A stretch of 64,000 nt of DNA, taken from assembly GCA_029857955.1 (NCBI GenBank), contig JAOUFY010000001.1, forward strand, positions 31,929-95,928. Direction: 5' to 3'. Below are positions 19,416 to 27,952 of the stretch, in pieces (the stretch's first letter is position 1; every line of letters begins with the position of its first letter). The position numbers were made by a program, and so were the translations under genes. Below the pieces are notes generated by a model. It ran no database searches. It was not told where the DNA came from and saw nothing but the letters and a program-made list of their open reading frames with translations. This DNA is from Spirochaetia bacterium (GTDB taxonomy: Bacteria; Spirochaetota; Leptospiria; Turneriellales; JAOUFE01).

Positions 19416-20303
19416 TCATTCTTTATACAATAACATCCATGGATTTAGTTTTAACTTTTGAAATAAATCGCGAGCATTGACCAGTGTTTCATTTGCGGTT
19501 TTATAAAGTTCTTCATCTGTTAAAAATTTACCAACAGTGCCTTTACCTGAATTTACACGCTGGGTTATGGTGTTCATTTCACGGGAGATTTGCGCTAAAT
19601 TTGCCAACATAATTTCAATATCTTCTTTGTTCTTTACAGAAATATCAGAAAAATTTGTAGAAAGAATGGTAAGCTTTGCCATCAAAAGATCCAGCTGGGT
19701 TGCAAGTGTTGCAAACGATTCCTTGGCCTGTTTTACCGTTAAACGAATATCGGTACGATTTTCTGATGCAATGGCGTTTAAATTACTGATAAATATCTGC
19801 GTTTGCTGCATGATTTCAGCAATAACCTGACCTCCGTTTTTTCCGTCAAACCAACTTGAAAATGCCAGCATCATCTGGTCAATTGACGGGGGATCAATTC
19901 CAATCCATTCGTCGCCTTCCTTAAGAAATTCATCGCCTTCTTCTGATTTGGGAATAACAACGTTGATGTATTTTTGGCCCATTAAACTTGAGCTGAATAT
20001 TGTAAAAATGGTTTCTGGTCTTTTAGGGATTTTATTTTCAAGTTCTTTTTTTATAAATACTGTGACATAGGTCTGTAAATCTTTTTGATATATATCTGAG
20101 ACAAAACCAATCGGTATACCGCCGGCAATTTTAACGGGAGCATTTATGCCAAGATTGTTTAAAAAATTAAACTTTATATGTAAATTAAATCCGGCTTTTT
20201 TCATCTGCATTCTGGATACAAAAGCAATCATAAGTATTAGCGTTACAAATGTAACTACTACAAAAGCCCCTACCCTGATGGCTACTTTTCTGGTTTCATC
20301 CAT
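19416..20303 (-). CDS. mlaD: MCE-domain protein MlaD
   Basis: N-terminal TM, an MCE fold region and a long helical C-terminus. Last gene of the mlaE-mlaF-mlaD run. Confidence 0.8.
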   Translation of the reverse strand: MDETRKVAIRVGAFVVVTFVTLILMIAFVSRMQMKKAGFNLHIKFNFLNNLGINAPVKIAGGIPIGFVSDIYQKDLQTYVTVFIKKELENKIPKRPETIFTIFSSSLMGQKYINVVIPKSEEGDEFLKEGDEWIGIDPPSIDQMMLAFSSWFDGKNGGQVIAEIMQQTQIFISNLNAIASENRTDIRLTVKQAKESFATLATQLDLLMAKLTILSTNFSDISVKNKEDIEIMLANLAQISREMNTITQRVNSGKGTVGKFLTDEELYKTANETLVNARDLFQKLKLNPWMLLYKE

Positions 20304-20336
20304 TTTTACAAATTTCCTTTTTAAAATTTATTTCTT

Positions 20337-21092
20337 TTAAATTACAGACATTGGGCCATGAGCCGAACCTGTAACAAATTGCCTTACAATGGGATTATCA
20401 TTATTTTTTAATTCTTCCGTTGTACCTGTAAACTCAAATTTTCCGTTGTACAGCATGGCAACCCTGTGCGCAACCCGAAAAGTAGATTCCATATCATGAG
20501 AAATCACCATAACGGTAACTCCCAGCTCCCTGTTAAGCTTTTTAATTAAATCATCTACAGCAGCGCCCAGCAAAGGGTCTACCCCTGTCGTAGGCTCGTC
20601 ACAAAAAATAATTTTTGGTTCCATGGCAATAGCTCGAGCTAAACCAACTCGTTTTTGCATTCCTATGGATAAAGACGCCGGCCAGGAATTTTCATACCCT
20701 CTTAGACCGACCAAGGCTAATTTCTCATCAACAATATCCTTGATCTCGGATTTGCTGTATTTGGTAAAACGTCGGAGAGTAAAAGATACATTATCAAAAA
20801 CAGTTAAAGAATCAAAAAGTGCTGCCATTTGAAACAACACGCCTGTTTTTTTTCGAAATTCAATAAGTTCTTTTTCATCAAGTTTAAAGATATCCAGACC
20901 GTCTATGTGAATTTCGCCTTCATCCGGTTTAAACAAACGAATCATGTTTTTTAAAAGTACGGACTTGCCAGAACCGCTTTTTCCGATTACATATACAATT
21001 TCTCCGGAATTTATTTCAAGATTAACGCCGTCGAGTACCGTTAAATCTTTAAATTTTTTAGTAACATTTTTTATAGATATTAAAGCACTCAT
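20337..21092 (-). CDS. mlaF: Phospholipid ABC transporter ATP-binding protein MlaF
   Basis: Walker A GKSGSGKSV, signature LSIGMQKRV, Walker B IIFCDEPTTGVDP. ATG at 21092 preferred over the TTG at 21122. Confidence 0.85.
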   Translation of the reverse strand: MSALISIKNVTKKFKDLTVLDGVNLEINSGEIVYVIGKSGSGKSVLLKNMIRLFKPDEGEIHIDGLDIFKLDEKELIEFRKKTGVLFQMAALFDSLTVFDNVSFTLRRFTKYSKSEIKDIVDEKLALVGLRGYENSWPASLSIGMQKRVGLARAIAMEPKIIFCDEPTTGVDPLLGAAVDDLIKKLNRELGVTVMVISHDMESTFRVAHRVAMLYNGKFEFTGTTEELKNNDNPIVRQFVTGSAHGPMSVI

Positions 21093-21108
21093 TATAATGT
21101 TTACTATT

Positions 21109-21903
21109 TTACCAGCCCACAAGTTGAAATAAATAACTTATAAAGTAATCTGAAACAATGATCATCATAATGGAATTTACAACCGCTGAAATAGTGGCGC
21201 TACCCACGCCCTTTGCGCCCCCGCTTGCGCGAAATCCTGTAAACGTCGAGATCAAGGCAATTTCAGCTCCAAAAAAAACACTCTTGCTTATACCCGACAA
21301 CAAATCGCTTAAGTTAACTATTCTCTGGGCAGATTCGGCGTACTGACTTATAGGAATATTAAACATAAAATACGATATTACAGCCCCGCCGAAATTGCCG
21401 ACTAAAATAGCAAGAGTTACCACCATGGGTATGGTTACAACTGAAGCGAGAAATCTTGGTACAGAAAGATAATGAATTGGATTTGTAGCCAGAGTAGTTA
21501 AAGCATCAATTTGCTCAGTTACTTTCATAGTTCCCACCTCGGCAGCCATTGATGACCCAACACGACCCGCCAAAAGTACACTGGTCAAGACAGGCGCCAA
21601 TTCTCGAACCATGGCAATAGAAATTCCGGCTCCCAAAAAAGAGGCAATGCCTTCCATAAACCTTTCCATTGGAGCTCCGATTTGAAGGCCCATGACCATT
21701 CCGACAAAAAAAGACGAAACCAGTCCAACGGGAATAGATTTTACGCCGACTTCATTTAACTGATGAAGAAAATATTTACCGTCAAAAGGACTTGCAAAAA
21801 TCCATCGAACAGTTTGAGCAGAAAAAATACTTAAAGCGCCAATGGTTTCAAAAAGGTTTAAAACACCTTCACCGATTCTTTGAAACGCTTTTACCATATG
21901 CAT
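21109..21903 (-). CDS. mlaE: Phospholipid ABC transporter permease MlaE
   Basis: MlaE-type permease pattern (QLNEVGVKSIPV, MKVTEQIDAL). ATG at 21903 (ORF track TTG at 21930). Confidence 0.85.
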   Translation of the reverse strand: MHMVKAFQRIGEGVLNLFETIGALSIFSAQTVRWIFASPFDGKYFLHQLNEVGVKSIPVGLVSSFFVGMVMGLQIGAPMERFMEGIASFLGAGISIAMVRELAPVLTSVLLAGRVGSSMAAEVGTMKVTEQIDALTTLATNPIHYLSVPRFLASVVTIPMVVTLAILVGNFGGAVISYFMFNIPISQYAESAQRIVNLSDLLSGISKSVFFGAEIALISTFTGFRASGGAKGVGSATISAVVNSIMMIIVSDYFISYLFQLVGW

Positions 21904-21973
21904 AAATACAATTTGCCCGTAGGCAGACAATTATTAATCTCTAATGATTACCTAAAAAATATGGAGCTTATAT

Positions 21974-22939
21974 TTATACGACACGTTTATTGTTAAACGT
22001 TTCCCATGCATCAGGACTTAAAAAAATCATTTTCTGCCGATAAAATTCAACTTTATCATGCGATGAATTTTTTTGATACTTAATGATGAGCCAGCAAAGA
22101 TAATGCAGCAGCTCTGAAATCTCCAGACCTGATTTTTCATTTTTTAATTCAAATATCTTAAACTTGTCGTTAAATTCACGCTCAATGTCCTGAAGTTCTT
22201 TTGTTGATATTTCAAGATCACTTTTGTATACGCCATTTAATTCTAATAGTAAAGCAAATTCTCTGTACAACGTTTTTTCCGAGCTTGCTTCACTTACAAA
22301 TGATCGCCAGTACTTTTCAAAAACTTCACCTGGAATAAATTCAGTATACTCTGAAATAACTTCCGGTTTATAAAAAAGAGCGTCGCGCAAATGAACATGG
22401 GTTTTAACTTTTTGATTTAATTTATCAAAAGCAAATGCCATTAAAAAATTTACTGCTGCATTATGCCGGTTTAATCGCAATAAAAAATCAAGGGCTTCAA
22501 TAGCGGTTTGCCATTTTTCAAGCGTCAGCAAAGAAATTGAAAATTGAATTATTTCATTTTGATCGAGATTAAAAGACTTTTGACCGGCAAAAGCTCGCGC
22601 ATAGTTTTCGGCAATACGGGCATGGAGGTAATTGTCAATTCCTCGCCAGAGAGGGTTGTCCATTTTTTCAAATTTTTTTTCTACCCTGATCCGGTTTAAT
22701 TCGTTTAAAACTTCTCTGAAATATCGAGCTCGCTGGTCATCGGTTTCAAGTCTTCCGATGCTATCTTGACGGTTTAACAGATATTGTGAATAAATATACG
22801 CCTCGCCGGCTCTTTTATAATTGATGTTGTTTTTATCGGCAAGTGAAAAAGAGGCCAACCATTGACGTGATTTTTTTTCTGCTTCAATAAAATTTCCACA
22901 AATCAATTCATCTCGAATTTCTTCCATTGGAAATTCCAT
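21974..22939 (-). CDS. Hypothetical all-helical cytoplasmic protein upstream of mlaEFD
   Basis: Long ORF with no signal peptide or TM and no recognised motif. 43 nt upstream of mlaE on the same strand. Confidence 0.45.
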   Translation of the reverse strand: MEFPMEEIRDELICGNFIEAEKKSRQWLASFSLADKNNINYKRAGEAYIYSQYLLNRQDSIGRLETDDQRARYFREVLNELNRIRVEKKFEKMDNPLWRGIDNYLHARIAENYARAFAGQKSFNLDQNEIIQFSISLLTLEKWQTAIEALDFLLRLNRHNAAVNFLMAFAFDKLNQKVKTHVHLRDALFYKPEVISEYTEFIPGEVFEKYWRSFVSEASSEKTLYREFALLLELNGVYKSDLEISTKELQDIEREFNDKFKIFELKNEKSGLEISELLHYLCWLIIKYQKNSSHDKVEFYRQKMIFLSPDAWETFNNKRVV

Positions 22940-23027
22940 TTGACTCTCTTATTTTTTGTAGATTTTTTATCATGGCCCTCATGGTTTTATAGCAAATTGC
23001 GGATAAAACCAGAAATTCAACTCATTT

Positions 23028-23110
23028 TGGGCAGGGAAGGATTCGAACCTTCGTAGGCGCTAGCCAACAGATTTACAGTCTGTCCCCTTTGGCCACTCGG
23101 GTACCTGCCC
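23028..23110 (-). tRNA. tRNA-Tyr (GTA)
   Basis: Reverse complement GGGCAGGTACCCGAGTGGCCAAAGGGGACAGACTGTAAATCTGT...GAAGGTTCGAATCCTTCCCTGCCCA. Long variable arm. Near-identical core to E. coli tRNA-Tyr. No encoded CCA. Confidence 0.9.
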
Positions 23111-23116
23111 TTTGAT

Positions 23117-23189
23117 AGCTGTCAGAGGGAATTGAACCCCCAACCTGCTGCTTACAAGGCAGCTGCTCTACCGATTGAGCTATGACAGC
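23117..23189 (-). tRNA. tRNA-Thr (TGT)
   Basis: Reverse complement GCTGTCATAGCTCAATCGGTAGAGCAGCTGCCTTGTAAGCAGCAGGTTGGGGGTTCAATTCCCTCTGACAGCT folds as a cloverleaf with anticodon loop CTTGTAA. Confidence 0.9.
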
Positions 23190-23269
23190 ACATTTCGCTA
23201 GGACAAGGGATGCAATAAAAACAGATTGTCAAGAAAGTTTATTGGTTATGTTACATAAAATGGGCAAAT

Positions 23270-26200
23270 TCAAGAGCCTGTTAACCTGTTGGAATCAAAA
23301 GCAACAAAGGTGACATCGTCTGAATATCGAGAGTTAAAAATTGCGGAGCCGTAAACTTTTTTTACAATTTTCTCCTTTAACTCTTCAAGAGTTAGCGATA
23401 TATTCTCCTTTATAAAAAGGAGAAAATTGTCAAGGGCATAATCATCAATTGAATTTTGAAAAGCTTCAATGACACCGTCAGTCAGCAGTAGATATCGAAA
23501 ATTTTGCTGCAATGGTATCTGCTCCTCTTGGTAATCCACATTGGCAAGACATCCCAAAGGCGATCCTGATTTCCCCGCAAAGGTCACTTCAGCTGTTTTT
23601 AAATTTTGACATATTAGATGAGGGTGCCCTCCACGCGCGATTCGAATAACTTTTTCATTAAGATCAATGTAAAGGTAGATCGCGGTAAAAAAGTGAGTAA
23701 ACATACGGTTGGTAAGCTGGTTATTCATCGCACTCATGAGAGAGCCCGGGTTTTTGCCATGAATATGGTTTAACAAAAATGACATTTTAATTAAACCCGA
23801 TACCATGGCAGCAGCAAGACCATGACCGGAAACATCAGTGATAATAATACCCACTCCGCTTGCGTCTTCATAAAAATCAAAAAGGTCTCCACTGACAACT
23901 TCAGCGGGAATATAGGCACTGATTATTTCAAGGTCTTTTACTATCGGTGGACTTTGGGGGATCTGTTGCATTTGAATTTCATATGCTTTTTTTAAATTAT
24001 GCTCAATGGATTCAAGACGGTTTTTGGCCACGCCGGTAGTTTTTAAGAGGAGCAGCGTGTTGACGCGCGCCATAAGTTCTGCTTGAGAAACCGGTTTGCT
24101 GAGAAAATCATTGGCTCCTTTGGTTAATCCGTCAACCATATCCTCGAGTCTTGATTTTGCAGATAAAATTAATATAGGTAATTCCAGGAGATTATGATTT
24201 TTGCGAATGATCTCTGTCGTCTCATAACCTGAAATTCCGGGCATCATAACATCTAGAATAAGCAGATCAGGCGTCTCTTTTTCCAGAGCCTCTAAAACAC
24301 CGTTTCCGTTGGAAAAAATTTTTACGTTATGATTTTCAGAAGAGAGGAAATTGACCAAAATCTGCAGGTTTACCGGATCGTCATCAACTGCAAAGATCGT
24401 TGCTTGCTGCGGTGTAACTATAGGAGTTCTGTTGGTTCTTGTGGTAACGGTTTCCAGAATTTTTTCCGGTTGAAATAGTTTATCTTTCAAACTATTTTTT
24501 TTCGCAGTAATACTTTTTAATTGTGCAATGGGGAGGGTGAAGTAAAATGTACTGCCAATGTTTAATTCTGATTCAATCCTGATTTTCCCCTTGTGTGATT
24601 CGACAATCTTTTTTGTAATGCTTAAACCTAGCCCCGTACCCCCTTTATAAATGCCGGGAACTTGTTCAAACTCCTGGAAAATTTGATCTTTGTATTCTGG
24701 TGATATTCCGGTTCCGGTATCCTGAACAAATATTTCAAGAAAAGAGGGATCTTCTTTGCTGATGTGAGCTCCCAGAGTTATAGCCCCCTTTTCAGTAAAT
24801 TTCACCGCATTACCAATCATGTTATTGAAAACCTGGATTAATCGATCTTCATCAGCGAATACCCCAAATTGATCTTTTTTAATTTTATTTATAATTACGA
24901 CTTCGTTTGCTAAAACATTTCTGGAAAATAAATTACAAATATATGTCGTGACATCGAATAAATCCAGGGGTTGGAGCTGTAGTTCGAGCTCTTTTGACTT
25001 TGATTTTTCAAAATCAAGAATATCATTGACAAGATTCTTTAATCGCTCTGCGCTTGAAATAATGAGCTCCAGATTTTTTCTCTGCTCTTTGTTTATGTCT
25101 CCGGCAGACTCTTGAAGCAGAAACTCGGTTAATCCTAAAATTCCATGCAAAGGTGTTCGCAACTCATGAGAAGTGTTCGCAACGAAAGTATCTTTCAGTT
25201 TGTCCATCTCGAGAAGACGGCTATTTTGCTCTTGCAACTGTTCATTCAGCCTATCGCTTTGGATATGAAGCAGCGAAAATTTTCGGGAAACAGCGAGCGC
25301 CAGGGCGCCGATAAGATAGGCAAAGCCCACATCTTCCGGTGTTTTCCATACAATAATTTTTAAATAATATAAAATATCAGAAGTTGCGTGCACTCCCCAG
25401 ATTCCAATACCGGTCAGCAAAAGTCCGGATCCTGTTTTCTTTTCAAGAAATGCTTTAATGCTGACTCCAAGGCCAATTACAAAGTAGATCACAAGCATCA
25501 ACAAGGCAATAGTTAAAAACACCGAATTAAAGTAAGGAAAAAAAGGATGATGTAATGAACCTGTTATGAGTGCTAACATAAACACAAAGGTAGAATAGAG
25601 AGAAACTTTTTTTAACTTATTATAAGAGTAGCCAAAAAAACTGGAAAGAAAATGAATAATCCAGTAATGAAGAGAAATTATCGGGAAATAGATAAAATAG
25701 GCATTAAAGTCTTGATTGTCGCTGACAAAGTAGCCAAGAGTATTTCTTCCGGCAATGATGAAGCCTGTCATGAACGCCATCCCTGCAAAATAGAAATAGT
25801 ATTTATCCCTGCGACGGGCAATAAACAAAAAGAGATGATAGATTGCTGTAAAAAAACAGATAGCAACGATCGCTGCGCTTTTTAACAAGTCATGCAGTTC
25901 AAAGCTGTGAATTTCATCATATGTGCCCAGATGAATATCATTGAAAAGGATACCTCCATTGTAGTAGAAGCTGGCAATTCGTATCGAAATAACATTGTCT
26001 GATTTTTGGTTAAGGATGGTCATTGGAATCAGGTAAACTGATTTTCTAAAGTTGACTTTTATCAGTTTTCCATTCTCTGAGATATCCCCTTTTGATCCAA
26101 TGGAAATTCCATTAATAAATAGTTCGTGAGCATTGGAGGTAAGAGGTAGTTGAATTCCGAGATTTTTATTGGCCAAATCCGGAGTTAATGTAAAGTGCGC

Positions 26201-26461
26201 CCGATACCATGCGGTCCCATCGTATTTAATTCCCACACGACCCCATTCTGAGGGAACCTTTATAGTATTCCAGGGAGAGTCATCAAAAGTCACCTCTTTA
26301 TATTTTACATTATCATCAGTTATAAATTTCCACTCTCCTGTTAATGTCAAAAGATTTGTTTCGCCTGCATCGGGTTTTAGTTCACCATTTACAACCATCG
26401 GGAATAGAGAAGCAGTTAAAAAGAAACAAGTGGTGAATAGAAAAAAGCGTATTAGTTTCAT
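23270..26461 (-). CDS. 7TMR-DISM sensor fused to histidine kinase, receiver and PP2C/SpoIIE phosphatase domains
   Basis: Signal peptide, a galactose-binding-like ectodomain (WYRAHF) and 7 TM. HisKA (TSHELRTPLHG), HATPase (GTGLGLSI), REC (DLLILDVMMPG), PP2C (VSGDLFDF, DVSGHGLAAAM). The ATG at 26461 overlaps the upstream stop (ATGA). Confidence 0.85.
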   Translation of the reverse strand: MKLIRFFLFTTCFFLTASLFPMVVNGELKPDAGETNLLTLTGEWKFITDDNVKYKEVTFDDSPWNTIKVPSEWGRVGIKYDGTAWYRAHFTLTPDLANKNLGIQLPLTSNAHELFINGISIGSKGDISENGKLIKVNFRKSVYLIPMTILNQKSDNVISIRIASFYYNGGILFNDIHLGTYDEIHSFELHDLLKSAAIVAICFFTAIYHLFLFIARRRDKYYFYFAGMAFMTGFIIAGRNTLGYFVSDNQDFNAYFIYFPIISLHYWIIHFLSSFFGYSYNKLKKVSLYSTFVFMLALITGSLHHPFFPYFNSVFLTIALLMLVIYFVIGLGVSIKAFLEKKTGSGLLLTGIGIWGVHATSDILYYLKIIVWKTPEDVGFAYLIGALALAVSRKFSLLHIQSDRLNEQLQEQNSRLLEMDKLKDTFVANTSHELRTPLHGILGLTEFLLQESAGDINKEQRKNLELIISSAERLKNLVNDILDFEKSKSKELELQLQPLDLFDVTTYICNLFSRNVLANEVVIINKIKKDQFGVFADEDRLIQVFNNMIGNAVKFTEKGAITLGAHISKEDPSFLEIFVQDTGTGISPEYKDQIFQEFEQVPGIYKGGTGLGLSITKKIVESHKGKIRIESELNIGSTFYFTLPIAQLKSITAKKNSLKDKLFQPEKILETVTTRTNRTPIVTPQQATIFAVDDDPVNLQILVNFLSSENHNVKIFSNGNGVLEALEKETPDLLILDVMMPGISGYETTEIIRKNHNLLELPILILSAKSRLEDMVDGLTKGANDFLSKPVSQAELMARVNTLLLLKTTGVAKNRLESIEHNLKKAYEIQMQQIPQSPPIVKDLEIISAYIPAEVVSGDLFDFYEDASGVGIIITDVSGHGLAAAMVSGLIKMSFLLNHIHGKNPGSLMSAMNNQLTNRMFTHFFTAIYLYIDLNEKVIRIARGGHPHLICQNLKTAEVTFAGKSGSPLGCLANVDYQEEQIPLQQNFRYLLLTDGVIEAFQNSIDDYALDNFLLFIKENISLTLEELKEKIVKKVYGSAIFNSRYSDDVTFVAFDSNRLTGS

Positions 26462-27141
26462 ATTAAATTCATTACAACCATTGCAAGCCATGTTGCAAGC
26501 CATACAATGAATCCTTCGATAGTTCCCAAAACAAAAATCCAGTAGGAGTTTGCATTTTCCAATTTTTGAATAATAAAGGGAATGGGTATCGCGAGTAAAA
26601 ACTCTCCGATTATTACAAACCAGGGTACCCCATGAATGGAGGGTGAATCGATATAATGCCACCACAATGCTTCGTCCGCAATTTTTTCAAAAAATGGGAT
26701 GTAAAAAGCTGCAGAGATGGATAAAAGCAATGTTGTTTTGGACAAACTTGTTTTTGTGTTTAAATATCCGGCTAAATATCCAAAGGTAATCAAGATGGAG
26801 GCCCAGCAAAAGGGCATGTAGAGGGGCGTGTCTATTATAAATGGTCCGCCAGGATAATAGATGAGAACTTTTTTTACAGCAATCAACCATGTATCATTGA
26901 AAAGCTCCACAAAACCGACTGTTATTCCAAAGTAAAACAGCTTTCTCAGCAAACTGTTTCCGAAAAAGTGGACATAAATAAAGTAGGAGATAAGACTTGC
27001 TCCAATTATAAAGTAGGCCATTGCATAACCCATATGCCACTTTGCAGCAATGGTACTTAATACTGAAAAAACCAGATTACTGATCATAAAAAACCAGAAA
27101 TCGCCTTTTGTGAAGAGTTGATTGTTCGCTAAATATTTCAT
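26458..27141 (-). CDS. Polytopic membrane protein, paralog B (unknown function)
   Basis: About 7 TM. Shares YxPGG, P.YMPF.WA and WW.Y...P..GVPWF.I.GEFL blocks with the upstream ORF. ATGA overlaps at both ends. Confidence 0.6.
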   Translation of the reverse strand: MKYLANNQLFTKGDFWFFMISNLVFSVLSTIAAKWHMGYAMAYFIIGASLISYFIYVHFFGNSLLRKLFYFGITVGFVELFNDTWLIAVKKVLIYYPGGPFIIDTPLYMPFCWASILITFGYLAGYLNTKTSLSKTTLLLSISAAFYIPFFEKIADEALWWHYIDSPSIHGVPWFVIIGEFLLAIPIPFIIQKLENANSYWIFVLGTIEGFIVWLATWLAMVVMNLI

Positions 27142-27809
27142 GATCCCGTTATCCGCCATGCAATGGCGTATGCGCACCATATCCAAACTCCTCCCAATGC
27201 GCCGGAGAATGCGGCAAAGAATACGCCTCTTTTAAAGATCTGAATTCCAATGATAGTTAGAGGGAGGGCAGTTAAAAACTCACCCAATATGATAAACCAG
27301 GGTACAGAGCCGAGCATCGGAGCATTTTTGTACAGCCACCAGTTTGCAAAGTTTGCCAGAGCTTCGTAGGACGGGACATACACTCCCATTACAACGGCAG
27401 CAAGAAGAGATGCTTTCCATAATGGCATTCGCATCACAAGATAAAGCCCAAGGCAGGAAATTGATAAAAGCATTCCTGCCCACGAAAAAGGCATGTATAC
27501 CGGAGAGTTCCAGAGGAACCAGCCGCCGGGGTTATAGACAAGAGTCTGTTTTATAGAGACCAGCCAGTGATCGGCAAAGAGCTCGGCTAAACCAGCGGAG
27601 ATACCGAAAACCAGCATTTTAGTCAAGAGAGGATCTTTGCGCCGTAGTATATGGATTAAATATAGGGTGGAAACAATTGTGATGTCTATGGTGGCTGAAA
27701 TCCAGCCAAGGTGAAAAATAGCGCTGATAATTGCTATCGATGTTCCCGCAATATTTATATATAATAAGAACAGATCATCTTTAATTAGATTAAATTTGTA
27801 TTGGGACAT
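27138..27809 (-). CDS. Polytopic membrane protein, paralog A (unknown function)
   Basis: About 7 TM. Roughly one-third identical (by eye) to paralog B. Conserved ELF.D.WL and PWFIILGEFL blocks. Confidence 0.6.
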   Translation of the reverse strand: MSQYKFNLIKDDLFLLYINIAGTSIAIISAIFHLGWISATIDITIVSTLYLIHILRRKDPLLTKMLVFGISAGLAELFADHWLVSIKQTLVYNPGGWFLWNSPVYMPFSWAGMLLSISCLGLYLVMRMPLWKASLLAAVVMGVYVPSYEALANFANWWLYKNAPMLGSVPWFIILGEFLTALPLTIIGIQIFKRGVFFAAFSGALGGVWIWCAYAIAWRITGS

Positions 27810-27952
27810 GTATGCAAATAATAAGATAGAGTTGCTTGTGTAAAGTGAAATTGTATTACAAAACCTTTTTAACTGGCCATAATTGCATTTTCGTTTTTAA
27901 TTTGCCAATGAAAATTGCAAAAAAATAACATCAACCGTTTTATTTTATGATT

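Noticed and set aside
22940-23269. The tRNA-Tyr/tRNA-Thr pair as an integration hotspot or genomic island boundary.
   Set aside because: There is no integrase, no direct repeat of a tRNA 3' end, and no compositional shift visible on either side.
26462-26665. A Cys-rich 68-aa N-terminal extension (CMACNMACNGCNEF) of the sensor ORF that could look like a metal-binding domain.
   Set aside because: It overlaps the 3' end of the upstream membrane-protein gene in another frame. The ATG at 26461 gives a clean signal peptide and an ATGA coupling, so the extension is an ORF-calling artefact.
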